This document shows positions 33,020 through 47,800 of a stretch of DNA of 64,000 bases, piece after piece. The position numbers were made by a program, and so were the translations under genes. The stretch lies in NCBI GenBank assembly GCA_047967505.1, contig CM106538.1; one strand, written 5' to 3'. Position 1 is the first letter of the stretch; each line of letters starts with the position of its first letter. Below the pieces are notes generated by a model. The model searched no databases. It had not been told where the DNA came from and saw only the letters and a list, made by a program, of their open reading frames with translations. The stretch comes from Dipteris shenzhenensis. Lineage: Eukaryota.

Positions 33020-36000
33020 TGGGTGTCCATGTGATTTAACTATAAAAACTCCGTGATAGAACTTTGAGAGGGATCAGCCAAGGAAGAAGTCTACTCCCAC
33101 CTCTGTGCTCAAAGTGTTCTCTTGCAGAGTCTAAGTGCCTCATGAATGAAACTTGCCAAACATCGCTGGTCTAGGTAGGAGATGAATCGAGCCCAAAACC
33201 CCATAGCTATCTCTGAAGAGGCAGTAGAAACGGTCGTGGATCTCATAGTAAACAGGACACCTAAAGATGAAGTGCTCCTTTGTCTCAACCTCTTGCATGT
33301 CACGCAAAGTGCATATGTGCCTCTCCTTGGGTAGTCACTTTGGTCTGCTGCTCTTGATACGAAGTCTATGTGAAGAGACCCAAAACTGACCAAGAGAGAT
33401 CCTCAGTGAGTGGGGTAAATAAATATGAGTGTACCCTAGTGGGTCAATGAAACCTTCCCCTGTGATATGCAAGAAGTGATCTCTGTAGAAGCCCAGCTTC
33501 ACTGGAAAATCACTCAGGCCAGCGATGTCCGAAATCTGTGTAGCTGTAATAGATCACAATGGATAACCTAGTTGACCTCGTGTGATAGGAGGGGAGGAAA
33601 CAGAGCATCCATGCTGTACTGGAATGGGGGTAGTCTGTCCATGTGGAGCCCCAGTCCCTAGAACCATCTCTGTGTGCATGCATACTAGCACCTTTGGTCT
33701 CCTCCTATTGTAAGTGCCATAGAAGAGGACAGTGCTAGCCAAGGTAGCATGCTACACCCAAAGGTGTAATCCCCATAGTCCTGACTCTCGGTACAGATAC
33801 GTGATGACCTGAAATGCAGCATCTAGTTGTAATGGGGTGACCCAAACTCAGATCGAATGATCTAGTGAGGAACAGATGGCTTACCATGGATCATTCGTGA
33901 TTACATGAGAACCTATAGCCGCTCCACCCTGGCCCACTCTATATCCAACAAGTCTGACCCCTAGCATGGACTGCCATACATCCCTGCTAGATGGACCAAG
34001 GAGTCAAAAAGCAACCCTTTGGTTCATGGATCCTAAAAGTGAGAGTAGAAGCACTGCCTCTCTAGTCTAGCCAATGAAGCATATCCTCTGCTCAAGCATG
34101 CCTGCATTGTGGGTCTCATAGTAAAGATGGGCCCAGAAAAGATGACCCCAAGATAAGTGTATGATGAAACTACCTCGACAGGTGACCCATCAAATGTGAA
34201 CTGCTCTTGGCGCATGACGCCTCCACCTCCCCTTTGTCTCCTTCCTCGCCTCCCCCTTTGCCTCCATCTTGCCCTCTCTCTGCCTCCATCCCTGACTCCC
34301 CCTCTACCTCCTTCCCCTCCACTTCCTCCCCCTCCTCCCCCTTCTCTGCTCCTTCTCTCTGCCTCCTTGCCCCCCTCCCGCAACTCTCTTTCCTTGCCTT
34401 CCTCTCCCTGTTCCCCCTCCTCTCTCCTCCTGCTTTCTTTTCAAAGGACCTCATTGCAGCCCTTTAGGCCTTTCTCGTCTACTCACATTGATGCTCGGGT
34501 CTTGGGTGTGTTCGGGTTCGGGTCGCAGGGGGTTCTTCGAGGTGTTTTTTTTTTCAAGGGCTCTCCCTAGCCTTTCTTGGGGGTGAGGCAGCTTCCCTAC
34601 ACACCTTCTAGGTGGCTTTTATTTTCCTTTTCCCCTTCTTTTGCAGGGGGAGTTTTTATGCTTGTTTGGAGAAAGAAAATCTTGGTGGTGACCCTTGGTT
34701 TGGCCAGAGGGGCTCTATGGTAGCACCGTCGAATCCCATAGCCGTTAAGGTTATCCTTTGTCGGCAAGCAATAGGTGCAACATGCAGTCTAGTCACTTCA
34801 GTACAAGGCATTTATGGGCCTCACTTCCACAAGGAGACATGTAGGAGTGGATCCAGTGAGCTCGGTACTAGAAGGCGACCACATCCAAGAGATCACCATC
34901 TATGGAAGAGGCTTCTTCCTCATCTAGTTGAGCTCTATTGCTACCGCCTTGACACTTGTGGAGCAGTATCCCATCCTCCTTGGCCTGCATCTGGTGTATC
35001 TTTTCCCTTGGTACCACGGCTTTACAGTGGAGGACATGGACATGACACACCATATTCCTTGACTCTTGGTGAAGCTTCACTTCCTAGGGCTCCCAAAGGA
35101 ATACAAAGCATCCTCTCCTCATTGGTAGAGCGTTTGGCATGGTGTTGGAGTCCCTACTAGATTTGGCAGCATCAGTGGTAGCAGACGACAAGGTCCCTAG
35201 GATCAGATTGGTGGTTGAGAGCCCAAAGTCCCTCCCAGAGTTGATCCTCCTCAAGACCATTGAGGGGTGTACACTTCAACGAAGAGTGGAGATCGCTCGT
35301 TTGCTAGGTGAGTGTCTTTGTTTCAGGTAGATGGGACGTTTAGCACAAAATTGTCCTTGTGGTTAGGGATGGGGGCTCCTCTCCCTCCACCCCCGCAAGA
35401 TAGGCAGAATTAGGAGGCTAGGGCCTAGCACCTCCTCAGACAGGAGCAATAGGAGTCTCAGACCCCCTAGGTGACACTTTTATAGGCAGAGTGGACTCAT
35501 GTGGGCAAAAAGAGAAAGAAACAAAGCAAATCGGCTCTCAAGCACAACAAGAAATGGGCTAGACATAGGGAGAGAGAGAGAGAGTAGGTCCAGAGGTACC
35601 ACAAGAAACAGGCTAGACACGTGGAGGAGCAGCTCTAGGATTCCTTGGTTGGGGACCCCTCTTCCCCAGTGGTAGGGGCCACTGTTCAGCCAGGTGACCC
35701 TCCCTTAGTGGAGGTCTAACTACCACAGTCACCCTTGCATCAGTAGTGTGCCTTAGAAGCTTCTGACATTGAGATGGAAGAAACTATGGAGGGTAGCCCA
35801 TCAGCAAGCAGCAATGGAGGAGGAGGGGATCTAGAGCCCCAGTGCGCTTGATCAGTAGGGTGGGCTTGTGATTGTCCCTATTCCTCCTCTCCCTCGCCCT
35901 CTCCCTCTCCACGCCCTCCCCCTCCTTCCGAGCTCCCCCCATCCCTTCCTTCCCCCCTTGCCCCTCTTGCTATGGTCATTGTCACCATTATCCCCCTCCC

Positions 36001-36860
36001 TCTACCCCCCCTCCCCCTTTGTAGTGGCTTCTTTAGCCTCCCCCCCCTCCCACCCCCCTATTGGACCTACCTCGGCTCCCTTGCCAGTAGGCAAGGCCAC
36101 GATCGCTGCCCCTTCCACTTGCTCGTCTTAGCATCCTTTCACCCCCCCTTCTCAGTCTTCCCATTTGAGGTGGATATAGAGGGATGGGGATTGTCCTCCT
36201 AGTCAGCTCCCAAACTCTAGCATGGGCGCCCTCTTCTGAGGGACTTTTGGAGATTAGGGCCCTAGAATTACTTAGAGATCTCAGATTCTTACCCTTTGTC
36301 ACTGGAGGTGACAGTCATGATCTTGTAGCCTTGGAAAGGGGGTTTGCTCAGCATAGTGGACTCCCAGACACATCTAGTTTGGCGATTCAAGTTCATCTCC
36401 ACAGGGTTCGAGAAGTGGATGCTAGCGGTATTTGATGCTATGATGGGGGATCAGATTCAAGCATGATGGAAAATTGGATGGGTCCACAGGGACTAGATCT
36501 TTGGCACACCCATGGTGCTAAAGTAAATTTTCAATTGAGCTTCATGTGGGAGAAGCCGGGATGGGCTATAGGGGTTGTCAGATTGCCACTTGAGCCAAGG
36601 ATTGATTAGGCACACTACTGGCCACTCTAGGAGTGTGCTGAGATGTTCAAACTGGACGTCTCCATCATGTTGCAATGGGCACAAAAGATATCCATGGAGC
36701 TCTAGTCGAGATGCTTATCGGTGGATGGATGGGCAAGGACTTTTCTCTCTCTCGCTCAGTCCACTAGGGCTGTCCCCTAGCTCCCTTTCTTTTCCTTTTG
36801 TGGCGGAGGCATTGGGCTACTACTTGAGATATAGTTGGTGGGCCTCATGAGGTTGAGGCA
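33020..36860 (-). mobile_element. Degenerate LINE-like sequence with low-complexity C/CT-rich blocks
   Basis: FTFDGSPVEVVSSYTYLGVIFS (about 34130-34200) is the post-RT thumb motif of non-LTR elements. The rest is heavily decayed, with approximate boundaries, and may be more than one insertion. Confidence 0.55.
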
Positions 36861-37029
36861 CCCAATCAGACAAGAGGAGGAGCTATTAGATTCCAAGTTT
36901 TTGGATGTCACAACCTTGTATGTAAAGGGCACTAAAATGAGCTTAAAGAGTGTTACAAGAATTGGAATTATCCCATTAATTTAATCCTTCAATATTTAGT
37001 TTAGTGAGATCCAGCATTTTTGTCACGCA

Positions 37030-37245
37030 ATTGATGCATGTGTGCTCGCTGTTTCGTAGTGATGCATGTGTGCTCCTACATGGTTGGATATACGACTGTG
37101 GTTGTATGAGTGTGTAGCATTTTGTGCACCACTTATATGATGATGGTATGTGTAGCATGTGTGCACCATCCGTACGATTTTATTCATGTGTAGCATCAAG
37201 TGCACCATGAGATGGTATGTGTCGCATGTGTGCACCATTCATATG
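37030..37245. repeat. Degenerate short tandem repeats (gcatgtgtgcacc / tggtatgtgt)
   Basis: Repeated catgtgtgc(a/t)cc units. Confidence 0.6.
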
Positions 37246-37769
37246 TGATTTATTGATTTCACGTTGCTATAATACTGAAAGGTTGATTGATTGTGGTGAT
37301 TAATTCCAAGGTTATCTTATGTTTGAAATATCTCATTACTATTGATCGTGTGAATCCAGGGGAAGAGTAATTGATCGGGCGATGGCATCTGGCGAGCATG
37401 ATCTGCCACATTTTGGGCACGTAGGTGCAACTCCAGTGATGTGGGGATGAATAAGGCTTATACCTAATTTTTGATATTACAAACGCTTATGTACATATTT
37501 GAATTTTGGAATATTAGTTGCTTGGATAAGTGTATAAACTAAAGTTAGAAAAAGCTTTATTTTTAGAAAAAAAAGCCAGCTATTATAGAAGGTGGATGGG
37601 CTTTTTGTAAAAGGGTGCATGGAGGAAAGCACAGAGGCTTTTGTATGATTTTTTCTCGGAAGCTTTTTGAAGAAATATACATAAATTCATAGGAGGTGGA
37701 ATGAGAGCACCACTCCTATGGGGGGAGATTGTACCCAGCACGCTTGTTCTGTCTCTTTCATTTGTGAGT

Positions 37770-39860
37770 TTGGAGAGTTTGTGCGCATTTTCAAAGAGTG
37801 TTGCTGTGTTTTTCAAGGATTTACAGGTTCCGTGAGTGTTTCCCATTGCAAAGAGAGTTTGGGGAGCTCTGGCTATTTATTGTGAGGCCTCGGGTGCACC
37901 GATCAATTGGAAAAAATCCATCGGTTTCTTCACAAGACCTGAGAAGACACAGGAGATTCGAGAGTGGGGTAGAGCCTTTGGCTTTCGCTGGATACCATGG
38001 GGCCAGACAGAGAGATACCTCAAGTGCCAAGTGGGGTATTGATACTATAGCAAAGCAGTAGATCGCCCTGGTTCTTGAGAGTGTTTGGCACAAGCTTCTC
38101 TACTAGAGCTCCAATAAACTCTCCCTAGCAGGATGTGCCTTAGTAGCAAACCCAGTCGCCTGGTACATTGCCTCCTACTGGTGCTTTCATAGAGGGTGCA
38201 TTGGATAGCTCTGACGTTTGGTGTGAAATTTCCTTTGGGCAGGATCGGACGGCATGAGAAATACTAGAGCTCAGGTCACTTGACAGACGGTGATCATGGC
38301 ACGGGCACTGGGAGTTTGGGTATCATTGATCTAGAGATGTAGAGCAGAGCCCTCTTGGTGGGCAAGTTGATTGTGTGCAGCCTCACCCCTGGTGCAGGTC
38401 CTTGGATGCTCCTCTTACACTAGAAGCACCTCTTAGAATGAGGGCTTCTCAGGAACACCCCACGCATGGGGGGGGGCAATGGTAGCAATCACACAAATGG
38501 ACCTTCTCAAAGGCCCCCCTTATGGGGAAGAGTTCCCGCATGATGAGGAGCCTACATAGGGTCTAGCAGAGATTAGCAGGTGGGCTCATCCGAGCTTATC
38601 CTTGTTTAGAGAGTTGTTCATGAGTCAGCCCCTCATTTAGCACCTGGAGATTAGGGATCAGGATGGATGTATGTTTGGACATCAGACATTGGATGAGCAT
38701 AGTGGGATAGCGGCTTGGCTTGCTCCTTATGTGGCAGATGGAGTAGATTACCCATGGAGATAGAGGCGAGGCTTGGAGCCATAGTGCATATGCAAGGGGT
38801 AGTGAAGCAGATGAGGGAGATTGTTGACCTCGCCATCCCTGAGCCTTAGTGAGAGGGACTCCGCATGTGGATGGACAATAGTTGGTTGGGTTAGTTTCCT
38901 TGGACCGGGGTCCCCTTGAGGATCATGATCTAGTGAGGTAAAAAGTATCCCGACTTCTTCCGTGTAGGATCTAGAGGTATGGTTTAAGCACTCAGACTGA
39001 GAGAGACCAAGAGATGGATGGGAGTTTGGATGGGATTCATTGGCAGATGATCCGTATTGTGGACCTATTGGGGAAGAAGTGGCACATCGATCCCCCTAGT
39101 ATTCTAGAGCAGAATGCCCCCAGATGGAGCCTTTGGATTTAGGAAGGTAGGCCCATGAGGGAGGTCTAATGGGATCTGAGAGAGTGGTTTTGGCCTTCCA
39201 GGGTAGGTGGATGAGGTGCCATACCACACAAATTGGCAAGAGGATTTAGATGGACTCTTCGACATGGACCCCTTCAAGGGAACGGCATTGGGTGGCCTTG
39301 AGGGTGCCCCAAGAGATCCGTTCAAGGTTTTAGATACACCTATGGTCTAATTTGCAGTTGAGGAAGATCTCCTACTTCTTCTTGTTCGCCGCCCACATAG
39401 GCTTGCTGATAGGTCCTTGGTTGGAGCAGATACGGGTGGAGGGGAATTGTCATTGTGGTTGCTTTGTTGGAGTTCTGGAGTTATGACTCGCTTGTAGAGC
39501 CTTCGGAGGGACTACACTACGGGATGGTAGCCTAGTTGATTGAGGGAGGTCACATGTTCATTCCCTTATGGAGGATAGCATGTGGGAGGTAGTAGCTAGT
39601 GTTACGGCGTGGAACATTTGGGTTGCTCTTTCTGTAGTTTGGTGATGGGTGAGCATCCAGTTCCACCCTTGTCTATCTTGGTTGCCATCTGGTAGGATAT
39701 CATCTACACCCTGCACGCCACCTGGGAGCGTGAGATCCTAGGCTCTAGGGTGACTGTTGTGAGGCATGCACATTTTTGCAAGGCTTGGCCTACATGAGTT
39801 TTCTACATATTTACTCCGTGAGGGATTTTCTAGTTGTATAGTCCCCCCACCTGGATGTTA
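37770..39860 (+). mobile_element. Degenerate L1-type LINE ORF2, 3' portion
   Basis: ALAIYCEASGAPINWKKS...RYL..QVGY followed by KLL....KLSLAG.ALVAN and ..RNFLWAG-like text, typical of plant L1 post-RT regions; many stops. Confidence 0.75.
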
Positions 39861-41554
39861 GCCCTTGTACCAAAGATTACCTAGCCAATGAGCTTGGTTT
39901 CTCTTCTTCTTTTGACCTTATCGATTTTTTCCATACTTAGTGCCTTCAGGGTTGCTGCCTTGTATGAAGTTTTTCAAGCATTAATAGAACGTTCCTTTCT
40001 TTGCGAAGAAAAATTTCTTGAAGAAGTATGGCCTTCCCTTGATGTAGATGACCTTGGGTTTACTCACAATGACTTTAGGCCAAAGGATCAGGAGATACTT
40101 ATCCACTTTTTGAGTTTCTCTAACCCTAGTTACTAGAGTACTTTCTAATGCTATGGAACTCATATTATGCATAATGTGTGACCATGCATCAACCACTTTA
40201 TTATTATTCAATCTTTGGTGCCCATTTTCCATATGGAATGACTCTCGAACACTTTTGTGGGTTTGCATTGCTAAGGATTGGATTGTAACATTCTAGTATT
40301 AGATCTTGTGCTGATGGTGCGATGAGATGAGTGACATAGATTATGCATAGTCAATCGCTTGTTTGTCAATATGAAAATAGGTAGTTGATGTAGAGATCAC
40401 TCAATGAGCTTGTGAGTGCAAGGTGTTAGATGTGGCTATATCTTTTGAGTAACTCCATCTTGGTCTATCAAAGGTTTCATAAAATAGTTCTAACATAGGA
40501 TATGGTTGGAAAAAGGATAGATGGCTAGTTTGTGGCATTTACAGCTTTGTGAATGTGGAGTGGCTTCCCTAGTATAGGGAAAAACAAACTTGGTTTTATT
40601 ATAGCAAGATTTTTTAGAAATTAATAAAAGAAAACAAACAAACCAACATTAAAAGGTCAAAACCTTGTACATATGGAAGGGAATGACCACCTGGAAATGG
40701 AAGTAGAAGATGGCACTTCTCCTCTTAACCTCGTAGTATTGGGAGCTCCGTTGATATAGCAAGTCCATGGCACATGAACTCTGGTGCTTCTTGAATGTTA
40801 GGATCATGAATTTAGAGGAGGCCCTATAATAGCTGATGGTGCAACAATTGCATGCCAAAGAGGGAAATGATGAATTACGTACAACTAAACATACTCTGAT
40901 TTTGGTAGACGATCTAGAGAAGACAAAAGGAAAGGAATAACTATGGAACTTGAGTTTAGTGTTTATACAATGGGAAAGGCTAAATTAAAGTGGCCTAGTA
41001 TAATAAACTATAGGCCACTTTGATATTTAGATAGGATGGTGGATAGAAACTTGGATATCATTAAGGGATGGCTTCATAAGTGGGATGAGGTGTTTGCCTA
41101 TGTAACATTTATAATGATCTAATGATGATTTGAGAAGCCATGCACACTTTCAAGGAAGCTAGAGATAGGTAGTGGATGACACAACAACATGATAATGTGG
41201 CTTCAATTACTTGGGAAGCTTTAAACTTGCATTTTGGAAATAGTTTTTTATCTCCTCATGAAGTCTCTAGAGTGTGGAGGAGTATTGGCACCTCAAGAAA
41301 ATAAATTTATCAGCAATGGAACATATTGGTAAAGTTTAAAAGATTATGATGAAAATCTTTGATCCTTTACTATAGTTTGTCCAAGTCAAAGATTCTATAT
41401 TTGGCTTGAATGATAGGATTAAAATGAAAGTTAGGGGAAGTATGTCAAATGGTGGATGGCATAATATCCTGTATGAAAATTTAACCCGTTAGCATAAGAA
41501 GTACATGATTAAAAGAAAGCTGATTTAGTAGCCCAAGGAAGTTGGCCCGTGTTT

Positions 41555-42325
41555 CAGATGGATGTAAAATCTACCTTTCTAAATGGATATCTCAAGGAGA
41601 AGGTATATGTGGAATAACCACCAGGTTTTGTGATCCTGGTTCAGAAGGTAAAGTCTATAAACTAAAGAAGGCACTTTATGGGCTGAAACAAGCCCCACGA
41701 GCGTGGTACCAGTGGATTGATGCCTACTTTCTGCAAAATGGGTTCAGGAGGATCCCATCTGATGCAAATTTGTATATCTTTAGAGAAGGAGGCAAGTGTA
41801 TGATTGTGGTCCTTTATGTGGACGACCATGTCATAACAAGGAACCATGAAGAAAAGATCTCGCACACAAAGCAATTGCTAGGAAGAGAGTTTGAAATGAT
41901 AGATGCATTTTTGTTTGGGGATTGAAGTTTGGCAAGAGCCAAAACAAATCTTCATCTCATAGCTGAAGTATGTTGGAGAGATACTGAAGGCATTTGGCAT
42001 GGCTGAGTGCAGTTGGCACCCCTATGGAGGTTGACATGAAGTTCTCAAATGAGGATTCATCACCACTAGTGGACAAAGCGAAGTACAGAAGGCTTGTGGG
42101 CAACCTGATTTACTTGTGCAACACACGAACGGACATTAGCTTTGTGACCGGTGTTCTAGGCAGGTTTTCCAATAAGCCTCGGGAGAACCATTGGAGGGCA
42201 GGGATGCGGGTGTTGAAATACATCAAAGGCACACTTGATTATGGCATGGGCCTATACCAAGGGCAACATCTTGACCGGATTCTGTGACTCGGATTGGGTA
42301 GGAGACGTGGATAGCAAGATGTTCC
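41555..42325 (+). mobile_element. Copia RT/RNase H fragment
   Basis: QMDVKSTFLNG, KVYKLKKALYGLKQAPRAWY, LYVDD, YRRLVGNLIYL..TRTDISF; frameshifted. Confidence 0.9.
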
Positions 42326-43057
42326 ATAGGGACCAAAAATCTGCACATAATTTACCAAGACTTGTCTAAATATGAGTATATTCTACCTATCTACACATGC
42401 AGGGTTTATAGCACTCAAGACAGATGCTTTCATTGCATATGTATGCCTCATGGGTAGTCCTTCCCTCAAGGTTATTGCTAGTTTGTTGTTGCCATTGCTA
42501 CAAAGGCCATCACTATATTATTTGCAAAGCAAAATCCCCCACCCATGCAGCTGATGATCCCATCGCACCAGCAAAAAGAATTGTCGGAAGATGACAGGGC
42601 CTATCTCACATCCAACTTCCCATATCTAACCACTCTCTCTGCCAACCTCACTTACCCTTGCTGCTACCACCCTCTTAACCTTCACCGAGCTCCATCCTAA
42701 CATCTATTCCCTCCATCGTCTCTTTGCTCATGCCTCTCACCATTTTCAACTAGCCCAATAGTCACAAACTTATGAGCCCCTCACACCTATCTTCTTGCTA
42801 ATCCTACCCTTGAGGATTACCAAGCTGCTCAAACCATTTGCCCAGTTCTTCCCCCCCTCCCCTCTACTCCCCCTTCCACAACTAACACTCTTCCATATTT
42901 CTCCCCCATGTCCCCAGATTCTCTCCCTGTCCCGTCATCACCTCCGACACTACCTATGCTTCCATGACACAGTATTTGATTTTGAATATCAGGATCTAAA
43001 TAATCCAATTTGTACTCCCATGGCAAGTTCTAATGATGGGTATGATTTTGATGAGAT

Positions 43058-43528
43058 AGGGGCCAGCTAGACCCCAATTGGGGGTCCCAAGGGGGGCCAG
43101 TGGCCCCCTTAGTGGGGGTTCGAGGGCGAGAGCCCTCGAGGCAACGGTATAGAGAATATTCCCTAAATATTCCATGGACGACTAGTCGATTCCACCAACT
43201 TGGTTGACTGGTCGGCTCCACCGACTAGGTTGACTGGTCGGTTCCACCGACTACATTGATCCGACTATCACCCTCATAGCTATAAAGAGGCGACCTCCCC
43301 AATCCATTGTATTAGATCAGTTGAGATCAGATCAGAGATCTTCCAGCTAGTAGCTCTCCACCTAGTATGTCTAGATCGCCATCTAAGCTCCACTGTGGGA
43401 GCGCATGGGTGGACGGAGCCATCATCTGTATTACATCAGTATTGAAGGAAAATTTTTTCGTCTCTAGTTTCTTGTGTACTCTCTATTCTTTGTTCAGTTT
43501 CTGTTCTGCTACGCCGTGTAATTTAACA
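43058..43528 (+). mobile_element. Partial solo LTR, inverted homologue of 21469-21940
   Basis: Colinear reverse-complement match (e.g. ctataaagaggcgacctcccc, ctaagctccactgtgggagc, ...taatttaaca end). No PBS follows. Confidence 0.8.
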
Positions 43529-44859
43529 AGAGCAACCTTGAATACAAGAAGCAAATCGACACACGCTGTGAGATCTAGAGATTTCCAAGCAAGACATCTA
43601 CTACAAGAAGCCAAGCATTTGGCAACCCTACGAGGAGCCACGAGTAGCCCGACTACCAAGCATCAGTGGACGGATATGTACCTAATGTGACTTCATAAGC
43701 TCAGTCCTTCAATGTGACTTTAGAAGCTCCTCCATACACCAGCTACGTACCTAAGCTCATGCATACAGACTAGTGAGCCGACGTTCTACTTAGCCCAACG
43801 ACCTGTAGATCCAATGCCTATTTAGCAGTAGCCCGACTAAGGTGAGCTTCACCTACGGCTAAAGATGGGTGCACAAGCAACTACGCCCACTTGCATGCAA
43901 TGCTAACGAAACAAGCCCACCTTCCGATTGGCTCCTATGGACAGAATAGATCCCCTCTTATATGAGGAGCTTGTAAAGTTTTTGGAATTTGAGTGAGACT
44001 ACTATTAACACATACTCTAATAAGTTCCTCATAAAAATCTCTTTTTCTCTTGTGCCTCCAAAGCTGTGTGGAATTGAAGGAAGTCACTCTCTAAAAACCC
44101 ATAAAATATGTGCAAGCAAGCACATACATGTAGTTTCTAATTTAAAAATCCCCTCCATGCATGTAAATACTATAATTATATTAGATAAGTATTCTTTAAA
44201 CACCCTCCTACTCACAAATAGACTATAAAACCCCCAAATTAAAAAATCCCCTTCCATTAATGAACTAATTTGATACATGTTGTAATGCCTCAGGGTGAAA
44301 AATGATCTAGTGTGTTGCTCCTTTTAGTTTGTGGTGCTGCTGTTTAGCCTTTTCATGGCATCCCTACTTCAACATCCACAATTTTTGTCTTTCATGAGTT
44401 TCGAATGTGGGTTTTGTTTTAGGATTTTCCCCCATGTCTTGGTGATGCTTTGGAGTATCTTCCATGTTCCCTTGGAAAGTTGTTTCTTATCTTCCCAATG
44501 GCTAAAACCCCCCAAGGAGTTTGGATCCTATAGCACTAGGCCTAGGGCTTGCCAGGAGCTAGTGCATACATAGCAAGTTTGGTGCTACATCTATAAGAAA
44601 AGGGCTCCTTTTTTTGCAGCTTCCCTTCCAAAGTGTGTGACCAAACTCTCGCTATTGGATATGACATCCCTTCATTGAAAATGGTTGTACATGTGGATCA
44701 AGTTTTGCAAGTGGCTTTTATGGACACCAATGATGTGTTTGCATAGGCTAAGTGTGGCACCTTTTCTTACAAACGTTTTTCAACAAAGTCATCTTTTTTG
44801 AAAATTTGTACTAAGTTCGAGGGTGTGCAAAACTTCTTGTCTTGCCCCTTGCATACTCA

Positions 44860-47800
44860 GCATTCAATGCAATCAAAGTGTGGGAGCAAAAGTATCCTGA
44901 TAATCAAAACCATGTACTTGTACGAATCCTTTTGCCATGAGCCGAGCCTTGTACTTATCCAACGTGCCGTCGGACTTATACTTGGTCTTGTACACCCACT
45001 ACGTTTTGGTGGTTAATCCACAAGGTCAAAAGTTTTGTTCTTCATTATGGAGCCATACTCCGACTGCATAGGCCCCATCCACCTATCATCACCCTGTGCC
45101 TCTTCAAGACACTTGGGTTCATCAACACAGATCACCTCTATCATCAAAGCATAGTTGACCAAGTGTTCCTATGCCCTTCTTTGCTCCTCTAATCTCTTGG
45201 ACCCCGGCAGTGTTCGGATGGCTCCTCCTCAATGGTTGGAGGTTCTCTACCATCCAAATGCTGCTTTACCCACTTCGGGAATGGCAGTTGCCATTTGATT
45301 CTACAGGTCTTCTTCCTCTTCTTTATCTTGAATCCTCCCAAGCACTGTTGGGGGAGTTCGGTCTGCTATTGGTGGTTGTACTAGATGGATATCCTGGTCC
45401 TGGTTGTCTGGGAAGGAAGCATCCTCCTCCAATTGATCCGGGTGTTCTGAAAAGACCACATCGCAACTTACTATTACCTTCTTGGTAATAGGGTTATAGA
45501 GACGGTAACCCTTCGCCTCTTTACTGTAGCCTAAGAAAATACACTTCTGGCTCTTCAGTTTCCATTTGGTCCTATTAGCATTAGGGACACACACAAAACA
45601 GTCACATTTAAAAACTCTGAAATGTGCAGTTGAAGGTTTCTTACCAGAAAAAGCCTGCAGTGGAGTCATCCCATTCACAGCCTTCGTGTAGCTACGATTC
45701 ATAATGTAAACTACCGTGTTACATGCTTCAGCCCAGAAAGTCTTTGGCAAATCTTTCCCTTTCATAATACTCCTGCCCATTTCGTAGATGATGCATCTTG
45801 TGTTCTGCTACTCCATTTTGCTGTGATATATGTGGCGGGGGTTTCTACCTCTTGATCCCATGAATTTTGCAGTATCTTTCGAATTCACTTGATGTAAACT
45901 CACCACCTCTATCTGATCTCAACTTCTTCACCTTCCTCCCCATTTCTTTCTCGACCATTACATGCCATTCTTTGAACTTACTAAAAGCCTCATCTTTAGT
46001 CTTCAGGAAGTATATCCATATCCTTCTATTGTAGTCATCGATAAGCGTCGTGAAGTAGTAGGAACCACCCAAAGCTTCCGTCTCCATCTTTCCACAGAGT
46101 TCCATGTGAGCGAGATCTAGAAGAGTCTTTGCCCTGCTGGCCTCTTTAGGAAAGGGTTGCCGATGCTACTTGCCCATCATGCAAGCTTCACTTACATCGG
46201 GCAGATCTGTAATTTCTGGTAGGTCTGCAATCATTCCACTTTTATGCATCTCCTTTAAAGAACTAAGGTTTAGATGACCAAACCTCTCATGCCACAGCTA
46301 GTATACTGTTCTTCACATAGCTCGAGCACTAAAATCTAAGAGTTCGTAGATGTTGTGCCATGTATCTTTACCAAGGACCTTCCCTTGAAGATCCAAAATC
46401 TATGCACCATTCTTATTGAATTGAACTTTGAGGTTCCGATCCATGATCGCAGAAACGGACAACAAGTTCCTCTTGATATCTGGTACATAAAGAACATCGG
46501 ACAACTGTTTTACAACTCCATTTGACTTGAGAGCAATCGTACCTTTTCCTTTTGCTAGACATTTTGCATCATTGCCGACTGCTACCGGGATGTCATTCCC
46601 TACCGAATGTAGAGAGGTATACCAATCCTTCTGATTGGTCATGTGGCGTGATGCACCACTGTCAATAATCCAAGGTTCATCTATAGGTACATGAACTGCC
46701 TCCGTGCAAATCTCCTCAATTGCTATGAACAACTCTACTGGTACTACCTGTGTGCTGTTGCTGGACTCTTTCTTTACTCCGTTCTTTGTGGGGGTTAAAG
46801 GTCACTGTGCCTTTACCCTAATTATGTACAATACTCAAACACATATATAAATGAATGAAAAAGAAGATTAGGGTGTTCTACACCCACCAAAACTTGTGTG
46901 GCTCTTTGTTTCTCTCTCTCCCTTTTCTGTTCTTGCTTCCGTTGAGAGCACTCTCAATTGGTATCAGAGCTCGGGTGATCTAGCTGAGTGTGCGTGAATG
47001 CTTGGAAGCTCTGCAACTTTGTGGGAGGAAGGAGACGCTCTATGGGAAGCTTTGTGGGTGACTTTACTTGCATCCGAGTATGTAGAGACCTTAGAGGAAC
47101 CTTTGGAAAAGTCACTTTGGTTTTGCGAAGTGGTTTTGAGAGCCTATTAAGTGTTTTCAAAGAAAAAGTCGTTTTTTAAGCTTTTCCCTATTTTGTTCAA
47201 TGACAGAGACTCCGTATTGACTTGTAGAGGCAACTATTGCTTGTTTTTGGTGTCCACTTCACTTCAGGAGCTTGGAAACACCTTCATTCTTGAATTTGGG
47301 ATCATTTCATTGGATTTCTGACTCACTGTGTCAGTTCCTACGTTTTTCTGCCCGGGTGTTGGAACTCAAGTTTGGAGCAACCATTTGTAGATCTGTCAGT
47401 TCCGATGGACTCACGAGATCCTAAAACTTCTATGTTGCTCATCATTCGCACTCTGATGGAGTTTACAAACAGCTCTATTTCCAAAAACGTTTTTTAGTCC
47501 GTGTGTTGGACCTAGTGATTGAGACCACAGTTTCCAAAACCGTTTGTCCCATTGCATTTCGGATGCCCAAAAAACCCTACTTGTCAATTCTTGCATGATT
47601 CGATCGAGTATTTTTAGAGTTATAGATCTCTATGTATTCGATTTCGTCTCTCTATTATGCATTTTTTATTCTAAGGTTTTGAAACCTTAGATTTATGCCA
47701 CATGGTAGTGGATAAGTGTTGACTCCCATTTCTCACTCATCAGTTGGGATTTTGGAGTTTGGACAGAAGAGAGATATTTGCAGATTTTCTTGCCGAGCCC

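Noticed and set aside
34033-34570. Gly/Glu/Arg-rich and Pro/Ser-rich ORFs (also at 35868-36302)
   Set aside because: Low-complexity CT/GA sequence within LINE-like DNA; open frames are expected by chance.
40860-41460. Possible decayed Gypsy gag
   Set aside because: The resemblance is faint, with many stops and no definable boundaries.
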